A stretch of DNA of 64,000 nucleotides from Deltaproteobacteria bacterium (GCA_033763315.1 JANRKS010000016.1:64001-128000), one strand, 5' to 3'; counted from the stretch's first letter, positions 40,132 through 48,413 are shown. Notes: generated by a model from the sequence alone, not told the origin. Numbers and translations are program-made.

Positions 40132-40734
40132 ATGCACCCAGACACGAGAGAAGTTGCTGAGCATATGCGGGAATTTGGACTCAATGTGATCGCGCGGGCG
40201 ATTTACGATGTGACCTTTGCGGAGTTCAGTAGGCCATTCGCCCACGCTTTGGCTGTGATACATGCCGCACACGGTGCCGAGATTGTTCTGAAGGCGCGGA
40301 TTGCTGAGGAGCACCCGCTTCTCATATTCAAGAAACTTCCACAGTCATCTTCAACGGAAGAATCACTGACGATTGCGGAGCTTTTTGAGTTTGGCCGAAG
40401 TGTTGACTACGACGACCTTCCGGAACTGCTTTGGGCGACCACAGGCATTCGAATCGAAAGAAGGGACAGGTACCAGGAGTTCGGCCGCTTGCGAAACAAG
40501 ATCATGCATTTTGCCGTTCCGGAGATGGATCATTCTCACGAGGTACTGTCATTCTGTATTGAGGTCCTTGAGCCATTGGTTTTTGCGTTCTGGCAAGAGT
40601 CTGCGGTGCCACTTGCGGCCCACTGGGACGAAGTGATTCTGTCGGATGGCTATCTCGACGACCAGCTAACCGCCCACGTAATTGACGTTCCGCTGCACGT
40701 TCGACAAATCCTCGACGAAGCCAAAGAATCGTAG
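40132..40734 (+). CDS. Cassette protein with HEPN-type RxxxxH motif
   Basis: HAAHGAEIVLKARI...HPLLIF and LRNKIMHF. Confidence 0.75.
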   Translation: MHPDTREVAEHMREFGLNVIARAIYDVTFAEFSRPFAHALAVIHAAHGAEIVLKARIAEEHPLLIFKKLPQSSSTEESLTIAELFEFGRSVDYDDLPELLWATTGIRIERRDRYQEFGRLRNKIMHFAVPEMDHSHEVLSFCIEVLEPLVFAFWQESAVPLAAHWDEVILSDGYLDDQLTAHVIDVPLHVRQILDEAKES

Positions 40735-40744
40735 GGCGTCTGCT

Positions 40745-40874
40745 GGCTAACCGGGCCTTGAAGACAGACAAAGCGCGGAGCACACTTTGAACCTACACAT
40801 GGCAGCGTGATGCGAGCGACAATGGTGTCTCGGCCATTGATGAGCTTTGCGGGTTAACGCCAAGCACGTTAGCC
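40745..40874 (+). repeat. attC site 6
   Basis: GGCTAAC...GACAAAGC...GCTTTGCGGGTTAAC...GTTAGCC. Confidence 0.85.
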
Positions 40875-40901
40875 GTACTGTGGCCTCTGTCAGGAGCTGA
40901 T

Positions 40902-41444
40902 TTGTCGGGAGGTAAGAAAAGCACCCGCTTGGATGTCATTGCGGCGATCCTCGCCGTCAATCTGGCCGGGAGTTGTCACCACGTACGGACGTCGTCTGCT
41001 TCATGTCACGACCGGCAGCGAAATCATGTTGGTGGGAAGGTCGAAGATATGGAGAGCAATACACGTTCAGCATGCATCGACGTGCGCGAGAACGATGACG
41101 TCGGACCCGTCCTCGATGCAATTGACGAACCAAGCCGCGAGCCTCAGACAGAGGTCGAGGTCTGCTGGGAATCACGCTGCGAGTGCATCCTCGCACCCAA
41201 ACGGATAAAGGAGGACGCAGCACAAAAAGTCTTCAGTGTCGTTCGCAGCAGGACCAAAGATAGAGTTGTAGTGATCCTTGGCCGATTCGGATTGAGAGAA
41301 GGACGACCTTGTCCACTTGGTGAACTAGATGTCTTGACGGTGACGCCCGACGGAACCAAGGGGTTCACCTACACCTTGGTAAAGAGCGATGGCGAATGGA
41401 AGCTCCATTCCATAGATGCGTTGTTCGCGAAAACAGACGGCTAA
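40902..41444 (+). CDS. Cassette hypothetical lipoprotein
   Basis: AGGAG before TTG; LAGSC lipobox; stop in the R'' box. Confidence 0.7.
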   Translation: MSGGKKSTRLDVIAAILAVNLAGSCHHVRTSSASCHDRQRNHVGGKVEDMESNTRSACIDVRENDDVGPVLDAIDEPSREPQTEVEVCWESRCECILAPKRIKEDAAQKVFSVVRSRTKDRVVVILGRFGLREGRPCPLGELDVLTVTPDGTKGFTYTLVKSDGEWKLHSIDALFAKTDG

Positions 41445-41572
41445 CCCAGGCTTGAAGCTGCCGAAGCCCACTGCCTCGGTGGAGAACCTGAACGCACGGA
41501 GGCTCTTGAGGCGCTGAGGGGGTTGTGAGACTCTTGCGAAGGGCTTCGCAGCTTAAGCCGAGCACGTTATGC
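41439..41572 (+). repeat. attC site 7 (divergent central region)
   Basis: GGCTAAC...GAAGCTGCCGAAGCCC...GGGCTTCGCAGCTTAA...GTTATGC. Confidence 0.88.
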
Positions 41573-41597
41573 GTACAGTGCGTGTTTCGTTCGAAGG

Positions 41598-41628
41598 TTG
41601 CTAGCTGTGTATATTGAGGTAATATACA
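41598..41628 (+). promoter_or_regulatory. Putative leaderless TA promoter with operator palindrome
   Basis: TTGCTA-N16-TAATAT 6 nt before GTG at 41632; inverted repeat TGTATATT-N5-AATATACA overlaps the -10. Confidence 0.6.
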
Positions 41629-41631
41629 GCA

Positions 41632-41949
41632 GTGGCGAGGTTTCCGGATGAGCTTACGGCGTGTACAGGATTTGAATGGGATGAGGGCAATGCGGACAAG
41701 AATTGGGAGTTGCACCAGGTCTCGCGCGGCGAGGCCGAGGATGCGTTCTTCAATCGGCCCTTTGTCATCGCTCCCGATTTCCGACACTCCAACAAGGAGC
41801 CTCGGTACGCGGCATTGGGGTTCACTTCTGCTGGTCGCAAGCTGACGGTTATCTTCACCGTGCGACGAACGCTGATCCGGATCATTTCGGTGCGAGACAT
41901 GAGCAGACAAGAAAGGAGGGTCTATGACCAAGCGAGCAGCAAAAAGTAA
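41632..41949 (+). CDS. brnT: BrnT family toxin
   Basis: FEWDEGNA.KNW..H.V...EAE..F, HS..E.R...LG and IRIISVRDMSRQER motifs. Confidence 0.9.
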   Translation: MARFPDELTACTGFEWDEGNADKNWELHQVSRGEAEDAFFNRPFVIAPDFRHSNKEPRYAALGFTSAGRKLTVIFTVRRTLIRIISVRDMSRQERRVYDQASSKK

Positions 41950-42220
41950 GAGACCGATCCCAATCTTCGCGAACGAAGATGACGAACGACAGTTTTGGTC
42001 AAAAAATGATGCGAGCGCCTTCTTTGATTGGGAACACTCAGTTCAAGTTGCGATGCCGGACCTGAAACCCACCACGGCATCGATTTCCTTACGCCTGCCT
42101 GTTTCCATGCTTGAAGAACTCAAGGCATTGGCCAACAAACGCGACGTACCATATCAATCGTTGATGAAGGTGTATCTGTCTCAGCAGATCATGCGCGAGC
42201 GGAACAAGAAGGCATCATGA
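41924..42220 (+). CDS. BrnA/CopG-type antitoxin
   Basis: IP.F.NED.ER.FW and ISLRLP..ML..LK..A.KRDVPYQSLMK motifs. Confidence 0.88.
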   Translation: MTKRAAKSKRPIPIFANEDDERQFWSKNDASAFFDWEHSVQVAMPDLKPTTASISLRLPVSMLEELKALANKRDVPYQSLMKVYLSQQIMRERNKKAS

Positions 42221-42221
42221 C

Positions 42222-42336
42222 GCATAACAAGGCGTTCAAGGCTGACAGTGCCGCGAGCATCACTTTGAACCTAGGCATGGTAGTGGGATGCGGGCGACAA
42301 TGCGGTTTTGGTGCCGCACTGGGCTTCGCAAGTTAA
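42222..42336 (+). repeat. attC site 8 (R' end lost)
   Basis: GCATAAC...CAAGGCTGAC...CGCAAGTTAA, then fused to coding sequence. Confidence 0.78.
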
Positions 42337-42447
42337 GGTTACCGCGCCATTCGGCTCAGTGATGCATACAGGGCCATTTACATCGAGCGAAGCGACGGGG
42401 CGGTCGAGGCCGTCTACGTTGAAGAGGTGAACAAGCATGACTACTAA
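42337..42447 (+). pseudogene. 3' remnant of a RelE/HigB-like toxin
   Basis: GYRAIRLSDAYRAIYIERSDGAVEAVYVEEVNKHDY*; preceded by an in-frame TAA; overlaps the antitoxin start. Confidence 0.72.
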
Positions 42448-42763
42448 GCGGGCAAAGCGAGCTCAAGGGAACGCGTCAGGATACCTCGTGAAGCTTATGA
42501 AAGGGCCGCTGACTCTTGGCGACGCGCTGTCCGCCATCCGCGAGGCCGAAGAAATGAGCCTCTCCGAGTTCGCAGCGGAGCTTGGCGTGTCGCGTTCCCA
42601 TCTTTGTGACATCGAACAGGGTCGCAGAGCTGTCAGTCCAGAGCGCGCCGCCCGGTTAGCTCAGGCACTCAAACAGCATGAAGCTCAGTTCGTGCGCCTT
42701 GCTTTGCAGGACCAAGTGCGTGCGGCGGGCTTGAACTTGAAGGTGGATGTCCACGCCGCATGA
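42437..42763 (+). CDS. Xre/HigA-like HTH antitoxin
   Basis: IRE..EMS..EFA.ELGVSRSHLCDIEQGRR.VS.ERA motif. Confidence 0.85.
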   Translation: MTTKRAKRAQGNASGYLVKLMKGPLTLGDALSAIREAEEMSLSEFAAELGVSRSHLCDIEQGRRAVSPERAARLAQALKQHEAQFVRLALQDQVRAAGLNLKVDVHAA

Positions 42764-42783
42764 CCGTCTGAGGAGGTGCGTCC

Positions 42784-42918
42784 GCCGAACCCGGCGTTGC
42801 ACCCGCCAAACCCGCGCGAGTCAAGGCAAAACCTAGACACGCCAGCGGCCGGTATGCACCATAGGGGATGTGGACTCCACCGATATGGCTTTGCATGTGA
42901 ACGCCACACACGTTAGCC
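42784..42918 (+). repeat. attC site 9
   Basis: GCCGAAC...AACCTAGACAC...CTTTGCATGTGAAC...GTTAGCC. Confidence 0.8.
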
Positions 42919-42929
42919 AGTCATAACAC

Positions 42930-43223
42930 ATGAAACCGGCACCGCTACAGATAGGAGGGGCCAGGGTAGTGGCATACACAGCCATCGACCATCGGCATCG
43001 TGCCACTGGACGTACGAAACAGATCGTCGACGGCGTGCAGGTCGGCCCAGCCGCAGGTCTTGCGATCTGCCAATACGAGAACGACGTGGCCTTCTACCTA
43101 TTCGGGTGCGACGTCAATTGGAAGAGCGTTACCGACACCTGGCATCAAAGTATCGGCGATGCGAGGGACCAAGCTGAGTTCGAGTATGCAGGATCCTCTC
43201 AGACATGGGTTGATGTCGGCTAA
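42930..43223 (+). CDS. Cassette hypothetical protein (97 aa)
   Basis: LAICQY....YLFGCD.NW...DTWH....A..QAEFEY; stop in GGCTAAC. Confidence 0.8.
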   Translation: MKPAPLQIGGARVVAYTAIDHRHRATGRTKQIVDGVQVGPAAGLAICQYENDVAFYLFGCDVNWKSVTDTWHQSIGDARDQAEFEYAGSSQTWVDVG

Positions 43224-43675
43224 CTCATTGTGGGGTGTCTTGATCGCTGGCGACTGTCCCGTGTGTCCGGTTTGGCGCCGCTGTTGCAGTCGCGTCGGTG
43301 CAGACTGGTAAACTGTTCTTCGCTTGTCCTGCTTGTGGGTGCGCCTGGATAAACCGCCGGACGGTTCTATCGATTCGGTGGACCCACCCTTTCGCTTTGC
43401 ACCTGCAGGCTTTCGGCTTGCAGTGCCCGGAGATTTCGAGCGCGCGAACCTGCTATTGCTGATTGTGCGCACTGAGCCCTTTGGCGGAATCCATGATGAT
43501 TTTGAAAGAGTTGACGGCTTCGACCGCGGCGGCCGCTGTATGTTGACCTCCTAAGCCGACAAACAAAGCCCGCAGACGCCTCCGCAAACCTAGACAGTCA
43601 AGATCTGTACAGGCACCATAGGTGTCGTGGACGTTCGCAATATGCGCTTTGCAGGTTAACGCCAGCACGTTATCC
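43218..43675 (+). repeat. attC site 10, split by about 320 bp of unrelated DNA
   Basis: GGCTAACTCATTG at 43218; remainder TAAGCCGACAAA...AACCTAGACA...CTTTGCAGGTTAAC...GTTATCC at about 43551-43675. Confidence 0.65.
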
Positions 43676-43684
43676 AGACTGAAC

Positions 43685-44338
43685 ATGAAGTCACTTTCTG
43701 ATGGTCTAGAAGACGACGTTCCGAGCCCGATCGACTTGCGGGATCCGTCGGACGCCAACGCTTGGGTTGCCGCGTCTGATCGCACGCGTCCATGGCGGGC
43801 TGAGGTTCGGATGGCGATCGCGGAGCTGTTGCGCGGCACCAATCCGGCGCCGCGCCGCGTGCTGGAGCTCGGCTCTGGGCCCGGCCTGCTGGCAGACGCG
43901 ATTTTGAAAGTCTGCGACTTGGATAACTACACGCTATTCGATTTCTCGCTTCCGATGCTCGACATGAGTCGGAAGAAGCTTGCTAGTCACCCATCGGCCG
44001 AGTTCGTTTGTGGTGATTTCAAGCATAAGGATTGGACCGCATCGCTCGTTCCCTCTTTTGACGTTGTTGTTGCGATGCAGGCTGTCCACGAAATCCGCCA
44101 CAAGCGTCACGTGCCTGAACTGTACCGACAAAGCTGTAGTGTTCTGCGACCAGGTGGTTTGCTGGTGGTGTGCGATCACACGCCGCCGGCGCCGAACAGT
44201 CCTTTGGCTAGGCTACACTCTACCGAAGACGAGCAACTTGCCGCGTTTGCCGCCGCTGGTTTCGTGGACGTCAGAACGCATCTCAATTTAAAAGGGTTGT
44301 ATGTTTGTACGGGGCTAAGGCCATACGACGCTGGCTAA
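43685..44338 (+). CDS. Class I SAM-dependent methyltransferase (cassette)
   Basis: VLELGSGPG, DFS..ML and LRPGG motifs; ATG at 43685 follows the R' site. Confidence 0.88.
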   Translation: MKSLSDGLEDDVPSPIDLRDPSDANAWVAASDRTRPWRAEVRMAIAELLRGTNPAPRRVLELGSGPGLLADAILKVCDLDNYTLFDFSLPMLDMSRKKLASHPSAEFVCGDFKHKDWTASLVPSFDVVVAMQAVHEIRHKRHVPELYRQSCSVLRPGGLLVVCDHTPPAPNSPLARLHSTEDEQLAAFAAAGFVDVRTHLNLKGLYVCTGLRPYDAG

Positions 44339-44455
44339 CCATACTTTGCCAATGACAAAGTATGGAGGTCTTGAAGCTAGACATGGCAGCATGATGCCGG
44401 CACCATCTGGTTATGGCGGTCAGTGAGCTTTGCAGCTGAACGTCACAAGTTAGCC
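44333..44455 (+). repeat. attC site 11
   Basis: GGCTAAC...GACAAAG...CTTTGCAGCTGAAC...GTTAGCC. Confidence 0.82.
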
Positions 44456-44469
44456 AAACTGGCCACATA

Positions 44470-44550
44470 TGAGGTTTCGAATACCCTTACTCGCCGCCGC
44501 CTGTGCTGTTGTTCGGGCTGTATGCCACCGTCATGGGGCGCGGGAGCTCT
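44470..44550 (+). pseudogene. 5' fragment of a second copy of the alpha/beta hydrolase cassette
   Basis: Near-identical to 48651-48733 (CTCGCCGCCGCCTGTGCTGTTGTT-CGGGCTGTATGCCACCGTCATGGGGCGCGGG) with a 1-nt deletion, then truncated. Confidence 0.8.
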
Positions 44551-44578
44551 GGACAGCACGGGCAGGCTGGTATCTCTG

Positions 44579-46114
44579 CTACGGCGTTGCCCGCCCGTAA
44601 AGGCTGGGCAAGAGACGTACGGCCTCGATCTGTCCGTGCAAAAGCGGGTCTTGGAACACGCACCGTGCCTCATCGAGCTGAGGGCACAGGGGTGGCACGA
44701 TGACGTCTCGCAACTCGCTGATGAGCTCGTTCGTCATTGGCCGGCCTGCGCCTTGCGTATGTCGAGCATGAATAAAACGCGAGAGCAGCAAGGGAGTAAT
44801 CCAGGACGTGGTGGTCTGAGTGATCGGAAAAATGTCGACCCCGTATTCATCCACTTGGAGCAGTGGGGTGTCGTTGTATGGAAATGGTCTTTGCGCCAGC
44901 ACGCCGCTGTTTAGATAAACGTCCACGTTTGATCGTGCAGGCCACGCTGAATCGACTGGGAAAGTGCCCCGTCCCGAAGGGTCGAGCCCGGAGGCCAAAG
45001 CCGTAAAGTAGCCGGCGCGCATTCGATTTGAGTACTGCGGCGCTGGCCAATCATAGGGAAAGGATTCTCTGTCGCTGGCATTGATCGCAGCATTCGCCGC
45101 AAAGACGCCTGGCGTACCGAAGAGGCTTGTCATGATGGGTTCGTACGCTCCCAGCCGTGCGTCCAGGACGTCGGTCCCCGCCAAAGGGACACTGCAGTGC
45201 CGCTGCCAATCCGATTGCACGCTCGCCCTCGTCTGCCCCGCGCTGAAGTTTACGAAGTGCACTCCTAGTTCCTTCATCACGCGGCGAAGATCGTCCGCCA
45301 CCCGCCGGGCAAGCGTGCGCAGGCGAACCGTTGCCTCGGGATCGCCAGAGGCGCAGAAGTCGGTTGGGGCAAGCTTCGCTAGACTGATCTGATCCACCAA
45401 CACCAGCCCGTGGTGAGGGTTCGCTTCGACCAACATCGAAAGCACCTGGCTGCCATGTCCTGTGGCGTCCGCCCCGTGCCGTCCAAAGGCGTTGACGATC
45501 GGCTCGCGTAACGAACCTAGGCTCTTCGCTGAAATAAACTGGGCCGTAGCGAAGCGGGTAAGAACCTCGTGCAAGGCAACGGGAACCCGCCACACCGCCC
45601 GCACAGCCTCAAAACGTCCTGACGGCGAGGCACGCAGGAATGCCTTGATCCGATTCTGGTAGCGAATGGCAAACGTCGGCAGAGTGGAAAAGTCGTCGAC
45701 CACGAGGATGGCCTCGCGGGTGTCTTGAGCAATGGAGAAGCGCGTCGGGGAATACTCGAAGTCGCCCCAGTCACACATCGAAACATCGGCACGGCGAAAG
45801 CACGTCTCTGCGCTAAGACGTTCAATGGCTCCAGCAATCGCCGTACCAAGCGAATCGGGCGGGGGCCCTCCGTCTGCGTTCGCGTCGACTCCCGAGCCAT
45901 CAGGCAGCCACAGCCTTCCGTCGATCTCTTCGCCTCCGTCAGCGCGGTTCAGCGCATCGAGCGCCGCGTCTACGACACCGGGCCCGGTCTGATCGTCGCA
46001 AGCACAGACGCCGATTGCCGCCGCAAAGCCGAAGCTCAGAAGCCATTTGGTAGCTGGGACAAGCTTGGCCGTTTGCGAAGGGGCTGTTTTTCGCTGCTGG
46101 TAAATGTGGCCCAT
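44579..46114 (-). CDS. Lipoprotein with divergent subtilisin (S8)-like motifs
   Basis: VCAC lipobox; ILVVDD, GHGSQV, VNFSAG, NAAIN and TTSWITP in subtilase order. Confidence 0.65.
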   Translation of the reverse strand: MGHIYQQRKTAPSQTAKLVPATKWLLSFGFAAAIGVCACDDQTGPGVVDAALDALNRADGGEEIDGRLWLPDGSGVDANADGGPPPDSLGTAIAGAIERLSAETCFRRADVSMCDWGDFEYSPTRFSIAQDTREAILVVDDFSTLPTFAIRYQNRIKAFLRASPSGRFEAVRAVWRVPVALHEVLTRFATAQFISAKSLGSLREPIVNAFGRHGADATGHGSQVLSMLVEANPHHGLVLVDQISLAKLAPTDFCASGDPEATVRLRTLARRVADDLRRVMKELGVHFVNFSAGQTRASVQSDWQRHCSVPLAGTDVLDARLGAYEPIMTSLFGTPGVFAANAAINASDRESFPYDWPAPQYSNRMRAGYFTALASGLDPSGRGTFPVDSAWPARSNVDVYLNSGVLAQRPFPYNDTPLLQVDEYGVDIFPITQTTTSWITPLLLSRFIHARHTQGAGRPMTNELISELRDVIVPPLCPQLDEARCVFQDPLLHGQIEAVRLLPSLYGRATP

Positions 46115-46466
46115 CGTTTCCCCTGCTTAAGTTTGTTATTCGATGAATATAGTGGCCATCACACGCACCGGGAGTCACTCGCGTCGTTTCCGTAGCCCAA
46201 GGGGGTGCGCGCAGATTGCAGCGACGGTTGTCGGTTCACGAGTGCGGGCAGCGAGGCTCTCCAAATTCGGCGATGGCAGTTGCTACAACCGCGGTTGTTC
46301 CATGTGCTCGCGAATTTCCGAGGCTGCGAACCCGTTGTGTCCCTTCCGCGATGGCGGCGCTGATCGTTTCTGCATGTTCATGCAAGCCAAGATTTCGGGT
46401 ATTCTTGCGTAACCCACGCCTCAAGGTTGAGCCGGTCCTTCCATTGTGACTAGCCGGACTGATACG

Positions 46467-46820
46467 ATGACAAATCCTATGGCCCAAAGCTGGTTGGATG
46501 CTGCGGAGGACCTCGGTATTCGCGTTGTGCACCCCTTTCGGTTCACCACCGCGTCGGCTGTCGCGGCAGAGACAGTCGGTGTCTTCTTACCTGACTTCGG
46601 ATCTGAAGATGGCATGCTTCTAACGTGCCGCTTCGATCCCGACGAAATGTCCGAACTCGTTGACGACACCCCCTATCGCACTTCAGGTCTCAGTCCTCGC
46701 TACTACGAACCTTACTCGCGCACTCGGTTCATACAGACACTTTCCGATTGGGGGTGGTTCGGGCCCGAAGGCCAACGGCCGCATTGGTACGATCCAGATT
46801 GGCGCAACAGATCAGGTTAG
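46467..46820 (+). CDS. Cassette hypothetical protein
   Basis: Follows degenerate R' GACTAGCCGGAC; WL.AA.DLGI.V..PF...F..TL.DWGWFG...P.WY. Confidence 0.75.
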   Translation: MTNPMAQSWLDAAEDLGIRVVHPFRFTTASAVAAETVGVFLPDFGSEDGMLLTCRFDPDEMSELVDDTPYRTSGLSPRYYEPYSRTRFIQTLSDWGWFGPEGQRPHWYDPDWRNRSG

Positions 46821-46842
46821 AGCGAGATGCCGCTTTGACGCT

Positions 46843-46978
46843 GACGAACTGATCATTCTGATCATTGCAGCTGACAATGCATGGAGGTCACTTTGAACAT
46901 AGACACGGGGGTGGTATGCGGGCGACAATCTGACCTTAAGGCTTGCTGGGCTTTGCGGCTGAATTTTTCATGTTGGGC
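46843..46978 (+). repeat. attC site 12
   Basis: GACGAAC, CTGATCATT duplicated, CAGCTGAC...CTTTGCGGCTGAA...GTTGGGC. Confidence 0.78.
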
Positions 46979-47053
46979 AGACAATCGAGATGCTCGAAAC
47001 AGTCGATCAGATTGAGTCGTCGCGACTTCAGAAGCCGGTGGACGTATTACACG

Positions 47054-47144
47054 GTGACATGGCAGTGATGTGCAAGCGACAATGCGGTCTTGGTGCCTTA
47101 GGCGTGCACCTCTGGGCACTGTAGCTGAACTTCACACGTTAGCC
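47054..47144 (+). repeat. Right half of an attC site (cassette internally deleted)
   Basis: GACATGGCAG...GACAATGCGGTCTTGGTGCC...GTAGCTGAACTTCACACGTTAGCC. Confidence 0.8.
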
Positions 47145-47160
47145 GGACTCGAGGATCATT

Positions 47161-47682
47161 GTGGTGACGGAAAACCGCGTCAGTTCGCGATCTCAAGCGG
47201 GCTCCGAACCGCCGGAGTGTGCAGCCGCTTTCCTGTTAGCGATCCCTGCTCAGGTGCTGGCGTTGTCGTTGGTGTGGCTTTACATGAGTCATCCACACCG
47301 CGCTTCTGTGGTGCTTCCTCGCTGGTGGGGTCTCTGTCCGTACACCCCAGTGTTCGTCCTACCCTTCTGGTCGGCGGTGTACCGGTACAAGCTAAATCGC
47401 TGGCCGCTGATCAGTCCCCTCTTACGCCGTATTGGAGTGGTACTTCTCATCATCGTCCCCTACCTGGGCGTGCTGAGTACTCCGCGAGGGCGGCGGCCCG
47501 CGCCCGAAGTATGGCTGATCTGCATCCCCGTCGCTGCGAATCTCGCCGCGCTTGCTGTCCTTGACGGCGCTGGCCGAACAAACTTCCGCCGGTCCATGAG
47601 ATATCTGTTCTATTTTTTGGGAGGTTTTCTGTTCGCAGCGTTGGTGGGGGAATGTGCCGGAGTGGGTGCCGCCCTGGGCTGA
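47161..47682 (+). CDS. Cassette membrane protein
   Basis: About 5 hydrophobic segments; cassette bounded by GTTAGCCGG and CCGGCTAAC (R'' at 47711-17). Confidence 0.65.
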   Translation: MVTENRVSSRSQAGSEPPECAAAFLLAIPAQVLALSLVWLYMSHPHRASVVLPRWWGLCPYTPVFVLPFWSAVYRYKLNRWPLISPLLRRIGVVLLIIVPYLGVLSTPRGRRPAPEVWLICIPVAANLAALAVLDGAGRTNFRRSMRYLFYFLGGFLFAALVGECAGVGAALG

Positions 47683-47840
47683 CGGCTATCTCGAAACGAC
47701 TGGCCGTGCCGGCTAACTCATCGTTTGGGGGAACCAATGTACTTTCCTGATCTTGGAACAAAGACGCAGATTTACCTATGTGAGCAAGTGGGGGCAATCG
47801 GTGTTCGCCTCTGAACCACGAGTGACCTCGGACACAAACG

Positions 47841-48413
47841 ATGACGGCTGAGAAGACACATACCGGGTGGGCAATGCCGCGGCTAGAAGGGGAACGCTGC
47901 GTGCTCCGACCACTCACGTTTGATGACGCTTCGTCTGTCATCCAAATCTTGGGTGATGACGACGCTCTTCGTTATTGGGCGGGTGAGCTTGTGACCACGA
48001 CAGCCGCAGCAACGCAGTTTATCGAGAGTGTTCTCGAAGCGTGCCAACAACATCGTTTCATGCAGTGGGCGGTCGAGACGCCCGCGGCGGCGATGGCCAT
48101 AGGGCTATGCAAGATCTACGATCTGAAGGCATCGCACAAGGTGGCTGCCATCGGCTTTACTTTGCGACGCGCTGACTGGGGACATGGCATCATGTCAGAC
48201 GCACTAAACGCCCTCCTTCGCTTCGCCTTCGAGCAGCTGCACCTGCGAAGAGTGGAAGCGTTTACCCATCCTGATAATGACCGCGCTCTGCGTCTTCTCT
48301 CCCGCCAGGGGTTTGTGGTTGAGGGACGGTTACGCGAGAAATACATGGGGCGCGGGGGAGCTCAGGACGCATTGGCGCTTGCACTACTGAAGTCGGATTG
48401 GGCAGCAAGATAA
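47841..48413 (+). CDS. RimJ/RimL-type GNAT acetyltransferase
   Basis: LRPL...D, IGF.L....WG.G.M, N.RA..LL...GF..EG.LRE motifs. Confidence 0.88.
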   Translation: MTAEKTHTGWAMPRLEGERCVLRPLTFDDASSVIQILGDDDALRYWAGELVTTTAAATQFIESVLEACQQHRFMQWAVETPAAAMAIGLCKIYDLKASHKVAAIGFTLRRADWGHGIMSDALNALLRFAFEQLHLRRVEAFTHPDNDRALRLLSRQGFVVEGRLREKYMGRGGAQDALALALLKSDWAAR

